Assembly: GCA_963842525.1 (NCBI GenBank)
Contig: CAWJGT010000009.1
Location: 1,440,001-1,504,000, forward strand
Length of the DNA: 64,000 nucleotides
Direction of reading: 5' to 3'
Source: an uncultured Holophagales bacterium
GTDB lineage: Bacteria > Acidobacteriota > Thermoanaerobaculia > Multivoradales > UBA5704
The notes under the pieces are model-generated. The model had not been told where the DNA came from. It saw only the letters and a list, made by a program, of their open reading frames with translations, and did no database searches. This document shows, piece after piece, positions 1-8,959 of this stretch (position 1 is its first letter; the number at the start of each line of letters is the position of its first letter). Made by a program: the position numbers and the translations under genes.

Positions 1-687
1 GACATCGCCGAAGCGGTCCGCCTCGCCCGCGCCGCGGGTGCTCTGGTCGCGGTGGACAACACGCTGCTGACCCCGGTCCTCCAGCGGCCTCTCGACCTCG
101 GCGCCGACATCGTTCTCCACTCCACGACCAAGTTCATTGAGGGACACAACGCCACCGTGGGCGGCGCGCTCCTCACCCGCAGCGCCGAGCTCCACGAGCG
201 CCTGTCGTTCCTTCGCAACGCCGTTGGCGTCATCCAGTCGCCTTTCCAGGCCTGGCTGACGCTCCAGGGGGTGAAAACGCTGCCGGCGCGCATGGAGGTC
301 CACACGCGGAACGCGTTGTGTGTGGCCCTCTTCCTGGAGGAGCACCCGCGGGTGACGCGCATCCTCTATCCGGGCCTCGATTCGTTCCCGCAGCGCGATC
401 TCGCACAGAGGCAACAGCGCGGCGGCGGCGCTCTCCTTGCCTTCGAGGTCGAGGGCGGAGCGGAGGCCGGCGTGCGGGTTCTCAACAACGTTCGCCTCTG
501 CGCCCTGGCCGAGAACCTGGGCGCGACGGAGACCCTCATCACGCACCCGGCCACCATGACCCATGCGGCCGTGCCGGTCGAGCAGCGGCAGGCGACCGGG
601 ATCACGGACGGCTTGATCCGGCTCTCGGTGGGTCTGGAGAGCCCCGACGACATCATCGACGACCTGCGCCGCGCTCTCGCGGCCTGA
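1..687 (+). CDS. PLP-dependent trans-sulfuration enzyme (cystathionine gamma-synthase/gamma-lyase family), 5' end outside window
   Basis: Frame open from base 1; motifs VDNT, HSTTKFIEGH (PLP lysine), ENLG..ETLITHPATMTH, LIRLSVGLE. Confidence 0.92.
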   Translation, partial: DIAEAVRLARAAGALVAVDNTLLTPVLQRPLDLGADIVLHSTTKFIEGHNATVGGALLTRSAELHERLSFLRNAVGVIQSPFQAWLTLQGVKTLPARMEVHTRNALCVALFLEEHPRVTRILYPGLDSFPQRDLAQRQQRGGGALLAFEVEGGAEAGVRVLNNVRLCALAENLGATETLITHPATMTHAAVPVEQRQATGITDGLIRLSVGLESPDDIIDDLRRALAA

Positions 688-701
688 AAGGGAGAAAAGA
701 C

Positions 702-1973
702 ATGCAACAGCCACAGCAGATCCGCGTCCTCGAATTCGGCAGCTCGGTGCTCCGCTCGGAAGTCGACCTGCCTTGTGCCGTGCAGCAGATCTATCGGGAG
801 TGGCGGGACGGCCATGCCGTCGTGGCGGTCGCCTCGGACGGCGCGACCACGGACGAGCTCCTGCAACGAGCGCAGCAACTGGGCCTGCCACCGCAACCCG
901 GCGCGGTCGCCTCGCTCTTCGTCACGGGTGAGACGGCCGCTTCCTCTCTCTTGACCCGCGCTCTCCGTCGCTCCGGCCTTCCTGCCACTTTTCTCGATCC
1001 CATCGACATCGAAGGCTTTCGCGGCATCAACGTGGCCTCTGCCGCACCCGCCTTTTCGCGAGAGCCCTTGCGCGTCGCCCTCCTCGGCTGCGGCACGGTC
1101 GGCGGTGGCGTCCTCGCGCGGCTCCTGGCCCTGCCCGACATCTTCCGCGTCGTCGGAGTCGCCGTTCGCGACCTGGCGAAGGCCGAACGCTCCGGTGTCC
1201 CGCGCTCGCTGCTGACGCGTGATGTGCCGGGGCTTGTCGAAAGCGATGCCGATGTCGTCGTCGAGCTGATGGGAGGGCGTGAGCCGGCCCGGCGGGCGAT
1301 CGTGCGGGCTCTCGATCTGGGACGGTCGGTGGTGACCGCCAACAAGCTCCTGCTCGCCGAGGAGATCGATGCGCTGTCGGATCTCGCACAGCGGAGCGGC
1401 GCCTCGCTGCGATACAGCGCGAGCGTCGGCGGAGCCATGCCTGCCCTGGAGGCTGTCCGGCGCCTGAAAGGCCGGATCCGTGCGCTCTCGGGCGTGCTCA
1501 ACGGCACCTGCAACTACGTCCTCGACCGCTGCGCGGCGGGTGTGCCGTTCAACGCGGCGGTTGCCGCGGCTCAGGCTGCCGGCTTCGCGGAGGCCGATCC
1601 TGCGCTCGACCTCGACGGCTCGGATACGGCCCAGAAGCTTGCCCTCCTGGCACGAGAGGCCTTCGGAATAGCGCTGCCGTGGAACCGCATCCCCCGCCAG
1701 GGGATCGTGGATCTCGATGCCCGTCACGGCCGCGTTGTGCGCCTCGTGGCGAGCTGTGAGCGCTCCGGCTCCGGATTGCGGGCGAGCGTCCAGCCCGTGG
1801 AGCTTCCCTCGTGTCACCCGTTTGCGCGGACCACGGGAGCGGACAATGCGTTGCGGATCGAGACCCTGGACGGCGAGGTCTTCGATCTCGCGGCCCAGGG
1901 TGCCGGACGTTGGCCGACCTGCGAGGCGGTGCTTGCCGACCTCTACGACCTGATCGCGGAGGTGACGCCATGA
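702..1973 (+). CDS. hom: Homoserine dehydrogenase with a short N-terminal aspartate-kinase-like segment
   Basis: ATG 702 after GGAG; RVLEFGSSVL (AK-like), then VALLGCGTVGGG, VVTANK, GVLNGTCNY, GFAEADPALDLDGSDTAQKL, GAGRWPT. Confidence 0.88.
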   Translation: MQQPQQIRVLEFGSSVLRSEVDLPCAVQQIYREWRDGHAVVAVASDGATTDELLQRAQQLGLPPQPGAVASLFVTGETAASSLLTRALRRSGLPATFLDPIDIEGFRGINVASAAPAFSREPLRVALLGCGTVGGGVLARLLALPDIFRVVGVAVRDLAKAERSGVPRSLLTRDVPGLVESDADVVVELMGGREPARRAIVRALDLGRSVVTANKLLLAEEIDALSDLAQRSGASLRYSASVGGAMPALEAVRRLKGRIRALSGVLNGTCNYVLDRCAAGVPFNAAVAAAQAAGFAEADPALDLDGSDTAQKLALLAREAFGIALPWNRIPRQGIVDLDARHGRVVRLVASCERSGSGLRASVQPVELPSCHPFARTTGADNALRIETLDGEVFDLAAQGAGRWPTCEAVLADLYDLIAEVTP

Positions 1974-3100
1974 AGATCTCCACCCAATGTGCGCGTCCGA
2001 TCTCGGACCGCGATCCGTACGGTGCCGTGGCACCGCCGATCTATCAGACCGCGACCTTCCGCCAACCGTCTGCCGTCGAATTCGGCGAGTACGACTACAC
2101 GCGGACGGCCAATCCCACCCGGTCCCTCGTCGAAGAGCAGGTCGCAGCGCTGGAGGGAGGCCGCTTCGCCTGCGCCTTCGCCAGCGGCATGGCGGCGATC
2201 ACCGCCGTCACGCGGCTTGTGGCGGCGGGGGAGGAGATCCTGGCCGGCGACGACCTCTACGGCGGCACCTGCCGGCTGCTGTCCCGGGTCGCACCACGGC
2301 TGGGCGTGTGTGTCCGCTTCGTCGATACGACCGACCCCGCGGCGGTCGAGGCGGCGGTCGGCCCGGCCACCCGTCTCCTGCTGGTCGAGACGCCGACCAA
2401 CCCGCTGCTGCGCATCGTCGATCTCGAGCACGTCGCCGCGATCGCCCGCCGGCGCGGCGTGCTCTTCGCGGTCGACAACTCGCTGCTCTCGCCCTGCCTG
2501 CAACGGCCGCTGTCCCTGGGCGCCGACCTGGTGGTGCATTCGGCCACCAAGGCGCTCTGCGGCCACGGCGACGTCTGCGCCGGCGCCGTGGTGACAAACG
2601 ACCCCGAGCTGCACCGCGAAATCGCCTTCCACCTGAACGCGGAAGGCGCGGGTCTTGCGCCGTTCAACAGTTGGCTCCTGCTGCGCGGCATGAAGACGCT
2701 CGCTCTGCGCATCGAGCGGCAGTGCGCCTCAGCCCTGCGGATCGCCGAGCATCTTGCCGGCCGTCCGGAGGTGCGCAAGGTTTTCTTCCCTGAAGGCGAG
2801 ATCCACCGGCGCCAGGCCTCGGGCCCGGGCCCGGTCGTCAGCTTCACCACCGGCGATCCCGAGCTGTCGCGGCGGATTGTCGAAGCCGCGCGCCTCTTCA
2901 CGATCGCCGTCAGCTTCGGCTCGGTCGCCTCCTCGATCAGCCTGCCCTGCCGGATGTCCCACGCGAGCATCCCGGCGGAGCTGCGCGACCGGCTCGCGCC
3001 GCCGCCCGACCTCGTCCGCCTGTCGGTCGGCATCGAGGATGTCGAAGATCTCCTGGGCGATCTCGACCAGGCGTTTGCGGTGGCGGCCGGGCTGCGTTGA
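1970..3100 (+). CDS. Cystathionine beta-lyase/gamma-synthase (Cys/Met metabolism PLP enzyme)
   Basis: ATGA overlap with hom; PPIYQTATF, YDYTRTANPT, FASGMAAI, ETPTNP, HSATKALCGH, LVRLSVGIE. Confidence 0.92.
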   Translation: MKISTQCARPISDRDPYGAVAPPIYQTATFRQPSAVEFGEYDYTRTANPTRSLVEEQVAALEGGRFACAFASGMAAITAVTRLVAAGEEILAGDDLYGGTCRLLSRVAPRLGVCVRFVDTTDPAAVEAAVGPATRLLLVETPTNPLLRIVDLEHVAAIARRRGVLFAVDNSLLSPCLQRPLSLGADLVVHSATKALCGHGDVCAGAVVTNDPELHREIAFHLNAEGAGLAPFNSWLLLRGMKTLALRIERQCASALRIAEHLAGRPEVRKVFFPEGEIHRRQASGPGPVVSFTTGDPELSRRIVEAARLFTIAVSFGSVASSISLPCRMSHASIPAELRDRLAPPPDLVRLSVGIEDVEDLLGDLDQAFAVAAGLR

Positions 3101-3113
3101 ACCTTCGCGGTGC

Positions 3114-3656
3114 TCATGACTGCGCACCCGCTCCATCGACCACGGCGGGACGACATTCCCGTGCCGACCTGACGCCTGGCTTCCGTCTCTTGCCGAGCTT
3201 CTGCTCCAAGAGATCGCCAAGCACGCCCAGGAGGGCGCCTGTGTCCTCCACATGACCGAGCAGGCTTTCGTCTCGCCTTGTCTCGGCGCCGCAGTAGGCA
3301 GCGATCACGGCACAGAAACCCTCGATGTGCCTGATCTCCGCGACCAGGCCCTCGGCAAATTCTTGAAGGCTTGGAGAGCGACAATGGTCGGTGGATGCCA
3401 GCAGAAGCTGGGATAGAAGCTCTCCAAACTGGCGCGCGCCGTTCTGCTGGTCAGGCGGCAGATGAAGCAGGAAATACTCGTGCAACGGGGCATATTCGTT
3501 GAAATTTCCGGGGCCGGTACGCACGACGTGATCTGCAAGAGCTGTGCTCTGGTGAAGCTCGATGCGCGAACGGATGGTGTCCAAAAGCCTGCCGGTCGAG
3601 TCGCGGAGCTCAGGAAGGTATTGGAATCGGGAATCCTCGACCGACTGTTCCTTCAC
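3114..3656 (-). CDS. Hypothetical protein (180 aa, helical)
   Basis: ORF with natural composition, starting 14 nt downstream of the HhH-repeat gene with a GAGGAG-like SD; no family recognised. Confidence 0.55.
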   Translation of the reverse strand: MKEQSVEDSRFQYLPELRDSTGRLLDTIRSRIELHQSTALADHVVRTGPGNFNEYAPLHEYFLLHLPPDQQNGARQFGELLSQLLLASTDHCRSPSLQEFAEGLVAEIRHIEGFCAVIAAYCGAETRRDESLLGHVEDTGALLGVLGDLLEQKLGKRRKPGVRSARECRPAVVDGAGAQS

Positions 3657-3670
3657 GGCAAGATCTCCTC

Positions 3671-4684
3671 TCAGCGACGATTTGCGCGACGCGCCGTGAT
3701 CCGCTCACAAGCATAAATTTCGTCGTCGGCTAAATGTCGCTCAAGGGTTGCGAGCCGAGCTCTGAGGAGATCGATGGAGACGACTCCCGCGCGGACCAGT
3801 CGCCATGCGGTGCTCCTTTTGATTCCATGACGATGCCATTGCTCAACATGGGAGCACAGCGGACGTCCGAGCAACTCCTCACAAAGCTGGAGGCCGCGGC
3901 TCCCCAGCCCAGGGATGCGGAGTAGATCCTCGCGAGACAGCGCTGCCAAGGCCTTGACCGATTCGATGCCGGCCCGAAGGAGAGCATTGGCGAACGGCAG
4001 AGGCAAACCCTTCTCCCGCCAGTAGGCGGTGATTGAGCGCAGAGGACGGCCCAGAAGCTCCTCACATTTTTCTAGCGTTCTCTCATCGATTCCGCGGATT
4101 GCAAGGAGGTCCTCCCGCGAAGCATGCGCCAAGGCCGTAGTGCTCGTGACCCCAGCTTTTACCAGTCTGGCTGCGCAGCACGGTATGATTCCAGCCTCCA
4201 CCCAGATCCGGGCTTGTGGCATTCTTTCCAAGAAGGTGCGGGGAGTTGGCTTTGAAGGCTTGCCGGGCGAGCCGAATAGGCTCAATAACATCTCCGCCGC
4301 ATGGAGGCCGATCCCTTCGATTCCCAGGAGGTCATCCCTCTGCATACCTCTAAGCTGCTCGTCCGTCCGAATGCCGGCGGCTGCGAGCGCCACTGCGACC
4401 GTGGCTGGGATTCCGCGGGCGATCCAGTAGGGAGCGCAGGTTTCGAAGGATCGGCCCCGAAACCGTTCGATCTGCCTGACTGTCCATGGCCCGACACGTG
4501 GAAGAGCCAGGACAGCTTCCCGTGTGAGCCCCTCAAGCTCGGGGATGGTAACGCCTGCCCGCTTGAGAGTCTTTGCGACTTGTGCCGGCACGCGTCTCCG
4601 CGAGCGAAGCGCTGGAGCATGTCTTTCGCCGGATGCGTTGACAACATGGCTTAATTCCGCCTTCGAGCCCACGCCCAGGAACAT
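3671..4684 (-). CDS. Protein of about 5 tandem helix-hairpin-helix / RNA polymerase alpha-CTD-like repeats
   Basis: Repeated W..GIP..A..L..AGI.S...L....REDLL.I.G(I/L)G...L..CEELLG units; start uncertain (4684 or 4714). Confidence 0.75.
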   Translation of the reverse strand: MFLGVGSKAELSHVVNASGERHAPALRSRRRVPAQVAKTLKRAGVTIPELEGLTREAVLALPRVGPWTVRQIERFRGRSFETCAPYWIARGIPATVAVALAAAGIRTDEQLRGMQRDDLLGIEGIGLHAAEMLLSLFGSPGKPSKPTPRTFLERMPQARIWVEAGIIPCCAARLVKAGVTSTTALAHASREDLLAIRGIDERTLEKCEELLGRPLRSITAYWREKGLPLPFANALLRAGIESVKALAALSREDLLRIPGLGSRGLQLCEELLGRPLCSHVEQWHRHGIKRSTAWRLVRAGVVSIDLLRARLATLERHLADDEIYACERITARRANRR

Positions 4685-4821
4685 AGGGCAGGGCCCTTCG
4701 CGCTCCAAGCACAATTTTGCGAAACGCTCCCAATGGGCGAGCGAATCACTCCTTTTTCCTTTGTCCCTTTTGGTGCCTCTGCGGCAACTTATGTCTAGGA
4801 GAGGTCAAGGGGAGGAGGCCC

Positions 4822-6273
4822 ATGCCGAAGCGAATACCGACCGCCGAAGGTGCCGTGCTGCGTCATTTCCGCCACCGCAAGGGAGCGACCCAGGAAGAGC
4901 TCGCCGAAAAAGCCGGAGTCTCCCCACGGACGATCGAGGGCTGGGAGACAGGGCGCTTTGAGCTGGAGCGCCAGCGGCTGGTGGAGATCCTCTCCCACCT
5001 GAAGGTCCCACCCGAAGCGATCGACGCCGCCCTGTGGTCGGATGACCTGGGGAACCCGCCCGAAGGAGGCTCCTTGTCCCCGGAGGGTGGGCTCGTCGAG
5101 CGGGCCGCCGTGGCCGCGGGCTCGGCGGCGACCAGGACCGCCCGCGCCGCCCTCAAGGCGGACCTGCTGCTCCGGCAGGCTCCCCGGCACCGCCAATGGG
5201 CGCAGGCGAGGTGGTCGCGGATGAAGAAGCTCACCGCCGCGCAGCAGGAGAAGGCAGTTGAAGTACTGCTGGGCGACGAGCGGAGCTGGGCCCTGGCGGA
5301 GCGGCTCTGCCTGGCCTCCGAAGCCGCTGCCGCCAACCGTGCCGACGAGGCCCTGCGACTGGCGCGGCTGGCGGTCCGCATCGCCGAGCACGTGCCGGAT
5401 TCGGGTTTGCGCCCGCGCCTGCTCGGCTGGGTGGAGCCCTTTGCCGCCAACGCCCTGCGAGTGGGGGGAGACCTTGCGGCTTCCTCGGAAGCGCTGGCCC
5501 ATGCCGATGAGCTTTGGGAGCAGGAAGCGGCCGGCGCTCCCGCCGGTCTGTTGGATGAGACACGACGGCTCGATCTTAAGGCGTCCCTCCTGATGTACTA
5601 CGGAAGATTCGAGGAGGTCCATTCCCTGCTCGCGGATGCCATGAAGGGTGTGCGGTCGGAACACACACGGGCGCGTCTTCTCATCAAACAGTCCAACGCC
5701 TTGATCTTTGCCGGCCGATACGAGGCTGCCCTCGAAGTGCTGAAGGAGGCGAAGCCGCTGACCGACGCCAAGGAAGATCCCCGGCTGATTCTGGTCCACG
5801 ACTTCAACAAGACGGTTGGCCTGCTGCACCTGGACCGTTTCCAAGAAGCCGCGCGCCTGCTGCCGTTGGTGGAAGCGCTGACCGATCCAGGCAACGAGCT
5901 GGACGTTGTTCGCCTGCGCTGGCTGAAGGGGCGCACCTGGGCGGGGCTCGGGCGCAGGGCGGAGGCTCTGGCAGCCCTGTCTGAGGTGCGCGGCTACTTC
6001 TTTTCCAAGACGATCGCCTACGACTTTGCCGTGGTGAGCGTGGAGCTGGGGACGCTGTACCTGGAGCAGGGGCGACCCCGCCTGGTCCGCGAGCTGGCCG
6101 ACCAGATGAAGTGGATTTTCATGGGGCAAGGAATCCATGAGAAAGTCCTGGAGGCCCTGGCTCTCTTCTGCCATGCGGCTCAGGCAGAAGAGGCCGAGGC
6201 GGAGTGGACCCGGCGACTCGTCAAATACCTCTACCGCGCCCAGCACAATCCGAGCCTGAAGTTCGAGCTGTGA
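4822..6273 (+). CDS. XRE-family HTH + TPR-like helical-repeat regulator (paralog 1)
   Basis: ATG 4822 after GGAGGAGG; LRHFRHRKGATQEELAEKAGVSPRTIEGWETG HTH followed by ~400 aa of TPR-like helices. Confidence 0.85.
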   Translation: MPKRIPTAEGAVLRHFRHRKGATQEELAEKAGVSPRTIEGWETGRFELERQRLVEILSHLKVPPEAIDAALWSDDLGNPPEGGSLSPEGGLVERAAVAAGSAATRTARAALKADLLLRQAPRHRQWAQARWSRMKKLTAAQQEKAVEVLLGDERSWALAERLCLASEAAAANRADEALRLARLAVRIAEHVPDSGLRPRLLGWVEPFAANALRVGGDLAASSEALAHADELWEQEAAGAPAGLLDETRRLDLKASLLMYYGRFEEVHSLLADAMKGVRSEHTRARLLIKQSNALIFAGRYEAALEVLKEAKPLTDAKEDPRLILVHDFNKTVGLLHLDRFQEAARLLPLVEALTDPGNELDVVRLRWLKGRTWAGLGRRAEALAALSEVRGYFFSKTIAYDFAVVSVELGTLYLEQGRPRLVRELADQMKWIFMGQGIHEKVLEALALFCHAAQAEEAEAEWTRRLVKYLYRAQHNPSLKFEL

Positions 6274-6282
6274 GATGCGAAG

Positions 6283-6314
6283 AGGAAACAACAGGGCGCA
6301 GCGGGGCTGCGCCC
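6283..6314 (-). terminator. Intrinsic terminator of the propeptide gene
   Basis: Stem GGGCGCAGC/GCTGCGCCC (6294-6314) followed on the minus strand by TGTTGTTTCC. Confidence 0.55.
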
Positions 6315-6325
6315 ATTGCCGCGGC

Positions 6326-6670
6326 TCAACTGCCGCAGCGGCCGCTCGGGTCAAGAATGCACCCATTGTCGGCTACGGCCGTCGCTCTGGGCAGGCAGCG
6401 GCCGTTCGGGTCAATGTCACACCCGTTGTCGGTGCCCGCTGACGTGCTTTCCGGCGGCAGGCAGCGGCCGCTCGGGTCAATCCCGCACCCGTTGGAGGCC
6501 CAGGCCCTGTTAAGGTGTGTCCACGCCCGGGCGAAGACTTCCCATAGGGCCGAGCCCGGAGAGACGTGGGGGGTGTGCAGCCCGGGCTCGGCGGCCTGGA
6601 GGGACGGCACCGCCAGGACCAGGCAGAGCACCAACAGCAGGACGGCTTTGGGCAGAAAGGCACGAACCAT
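6326..6670 (-). CDS. Secreted 114-aa propeptide with three C-terminal NGCxxDPxGRC repeats
   Basis: ATG 6670 with AAGGAG SD; signal peptide MVRAFLPKAVLLLVLCLVLAVPSLQA; repeats NGCGIDPSGRC, NGCDIDPNGRC, NGCILDPSGRC. Confidence 0.85.
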   Translation of the reverse strand: MVRAFLPKAVLLLVLCLVLAVPSLQAAEPGLHTPHVSPGSALWEVFARAWTHLNRAWASNGCGIDPSGRCLPPESTSAGTDNGCDIDPNGRCLPRATAVADNGCILDPSGRCGS

Positions 6671-6812
6671 GACCGGCTCCTTTCGGAGCGCGCTCCGCAG
6701 CGGCCTCCCTGGCCGGCCGGGGCGCCTCCGGCCTATAGAGTGACAGGAGTCTGCGTGGAAAACGCACCGGAAACCACCCCAATGGGGGCTCCAACCGAAG
6801 GACGGCGAGGAC

Positions 6813-8305
6813 ATGCGGAGAATGGAATACGACCCGAGGGACCTGGGGCTCACCATCCTGTTGCTGTGCGAGCTTCAGGATATGAGCCTGCGCGAGCTGG
6901 GCCGGCGGTCCGGCATTGACAAGGGATCGATCAACGGCTATGTGAAGGGGACGGTGCGGCCGGTCCCGAGGAATCTGGCCCGGCTTGTGGCGACCTTTCG
7001 GATCACCCCTCTTCGCCTCGAGCGGCTCATCTCCCGGAGCAGAGCTTTCCGCCTCACCTATGAGGACGCCGGCCAGCAGGGTGAAGGCGAGGCCGTGCGG
7101 GCACCGGCCGAAGCACCGAGGGCGCTGGAGGGGAAGATCGGTGGCTCCGCCCTCGACGCAATGGCGCCGTTTCTTCAGGAACTGGCCCGGCTCGACCGCG
7201 GCCCCACGCCCCGCGCCGAGGACCGCCACTGGGCGGAGTCGGTCTGGTCGAGACTAGAGCCGCTCCGCGCCGAGGACCAAAGCGTCGCCGTCGACGTGCT
7301 GTTGGGAGACGAGCGAAGCTGGGCCCTGGCGGAGCGGATCTGCCTTGCGTCTGAAACCGCTGCCGCCAACCGCGCTGACGAAGCCCTGCGCCTGGCGCGG
7401 CTCGCCGTGCGTCTTGCCGAGCACGTGCCCGATGCGGATTTCCGCCCGAGCCTGCTGGCTGGGTAGAGCCCTTTGCCGCCAACGCCCTGCGGGTCGGGGG
7501 CGATCTCGCGGCTTCCGCGGAGGAGCTGGCCCATGCCGATAAGCTGTGGGAGCAGGGGGCGGCCGGCGCTGCCTCCGGTCTTCTGGATGACACCCGCCGG
7601 CTCGATCTGAAAGCGTCCCTCCTGATGTACTACGGCAGATTCGAGGAGGTCCACGCCTTGCTCGCGGATGCCATGCAGGCTGCACGGTCGGAGCACGAGC
7701 GGGCGCGTCTTCTCATCAAAAAGGCCAACACCTTGATCTTCGCCGGCCGGTACGAGGCTGCCCTCAAAATGTTGGCCGAGGCAAAGCCCCTGATCGACGC
7801 CAAGGACGATCCTCGCCTACACTTGGTCCACGACTTCAACAAGACAGTGAGCCTGCTGCACCTGGACGGTTTCCGGGAAGCCGAGCGCCTGCTGCCGAAG
7901 GTGGAGGCGTTGACCGATCCGGGCAACGAGCTGGACGGCGTGCGCCTGCGCTGGCTCCAAGGGCGCACCTGGGCGGGGCTCGGCCGCCGGGCGGAGGCCC
8001 TGGCAGCCCTGGCCGCAGTGCGGGAATACTTTCTGACCGAAGAGATCGCCTACGACTTTGCCGTGGTGAGCGTCGAGCTGGGCACCCTCTACCTGGAACA
8101 GGGCCGCTCCGGGCCGGTCCGCGAGCTGGCCGACCAGATGAAGTGGATTTTCGTGGGGCAAGGAATCCATCACGAAGCCCTGGCGGCGCTGGCGCTCTTC
8201 TGCCATGCGGCCCAGGCCGAAGAGGCCCAGGCGACATGGACCCGGCGGCTCGTCAAGTACCTTTACCGGGCGGAGCACGATCCGCGGCTGCAGTTCGAGC
8301 CGTGA
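6813..8305 (+). CDS. XRE-family HTH + TPR-like regulator (paralog 2), 1-nt frameshift near 7458
   Basis: MSLRELGRRSGIDKGSINGYVKG HTH; from VLLGDERSWALAER onward nearly identical to paralog 1; CTGCTGGCTGGGT lacks one C relative to CTGCTCGGCTGGGT of paralog 1. Confidence 0.82.
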
Positions 8306-8397
8306 GCCTCGGAGAGGTGCGAGCAGGAGGAGTCGGAACGAAACACAATCCGCCCCACCCTCGTATTGCCCTTCGAATCCAAGGAGGGCTCTCTCTC

Positions 8398-8952
8398 ATG
8401 ACCCATCTGTTGCACGATCTTCCCTGGCCGTGCGCACGCACGGTGGGCAGGCCGGCCTCCTGGAGGCGGTGCAGAAGCAGGTCTGGGCGGTCGACCCCCA
8501 GCAGCCAATCACCGATGTGGTGACCATGGAGCGGATCGTGGCGCGTTCGGTCGGCGCCTACCGCTTCAATATGGCCCTGATGGGCGGCCTGGCTTTCCTG
8601 GCACTGGTGCTCGCGGCCGTGGGGATCTACGGCGTGCTGTCCTACCTGGTGCACCAGAGGACGCGCGAGATCGGGGTCCGCATGGCTCTCGGCGCCACGG
8701 CCGGGCACGTGCTGCGGATGGTGGTGCGCCAGGGACTGATCGCGGTCGGCATCGGCGTGGCGATCGGCCTGGGGGCCGCTTTCGGGCTGACGCGCCTGAT
8801 GGCGAGCCTGCTGGTCGGCGTCAGCGCGACCGATCCGCTGACCTTCGTGGCTCGCGCCGCTGGTCCTGGCTGCCGTGGCCCTCTTCGCCACCAGCCTCCC
8901 GGCCCGCCGCGCCAGCCATCTCAGCCCGGTTCTGGCGTTGCGGCGGGATTGA
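8398..8952 (+). pseudogene. ADOP/MacB-FtsX ABC permease remnant with a large internal deletion
   Basis: AGGAGG + MTHLLHDL (typical N-terminus) joined out of frame to the C-terminal LAAVGIYGVLSYLVHQRTREIGVRMALGA...PARRASHLSPVLALRRD; another frameshift near 8852. Confidence 0.8.
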
Positions 8953-8959
8953 GGCTCCG

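Noticed and set aside
6326-6670. Lanthipeptide, graspetide or other classical RiPP cluster
   Set aside because: No modifying enzyme, peptidase or dedicated exporter adjacent; the precursor has a Sec-type signal peptide
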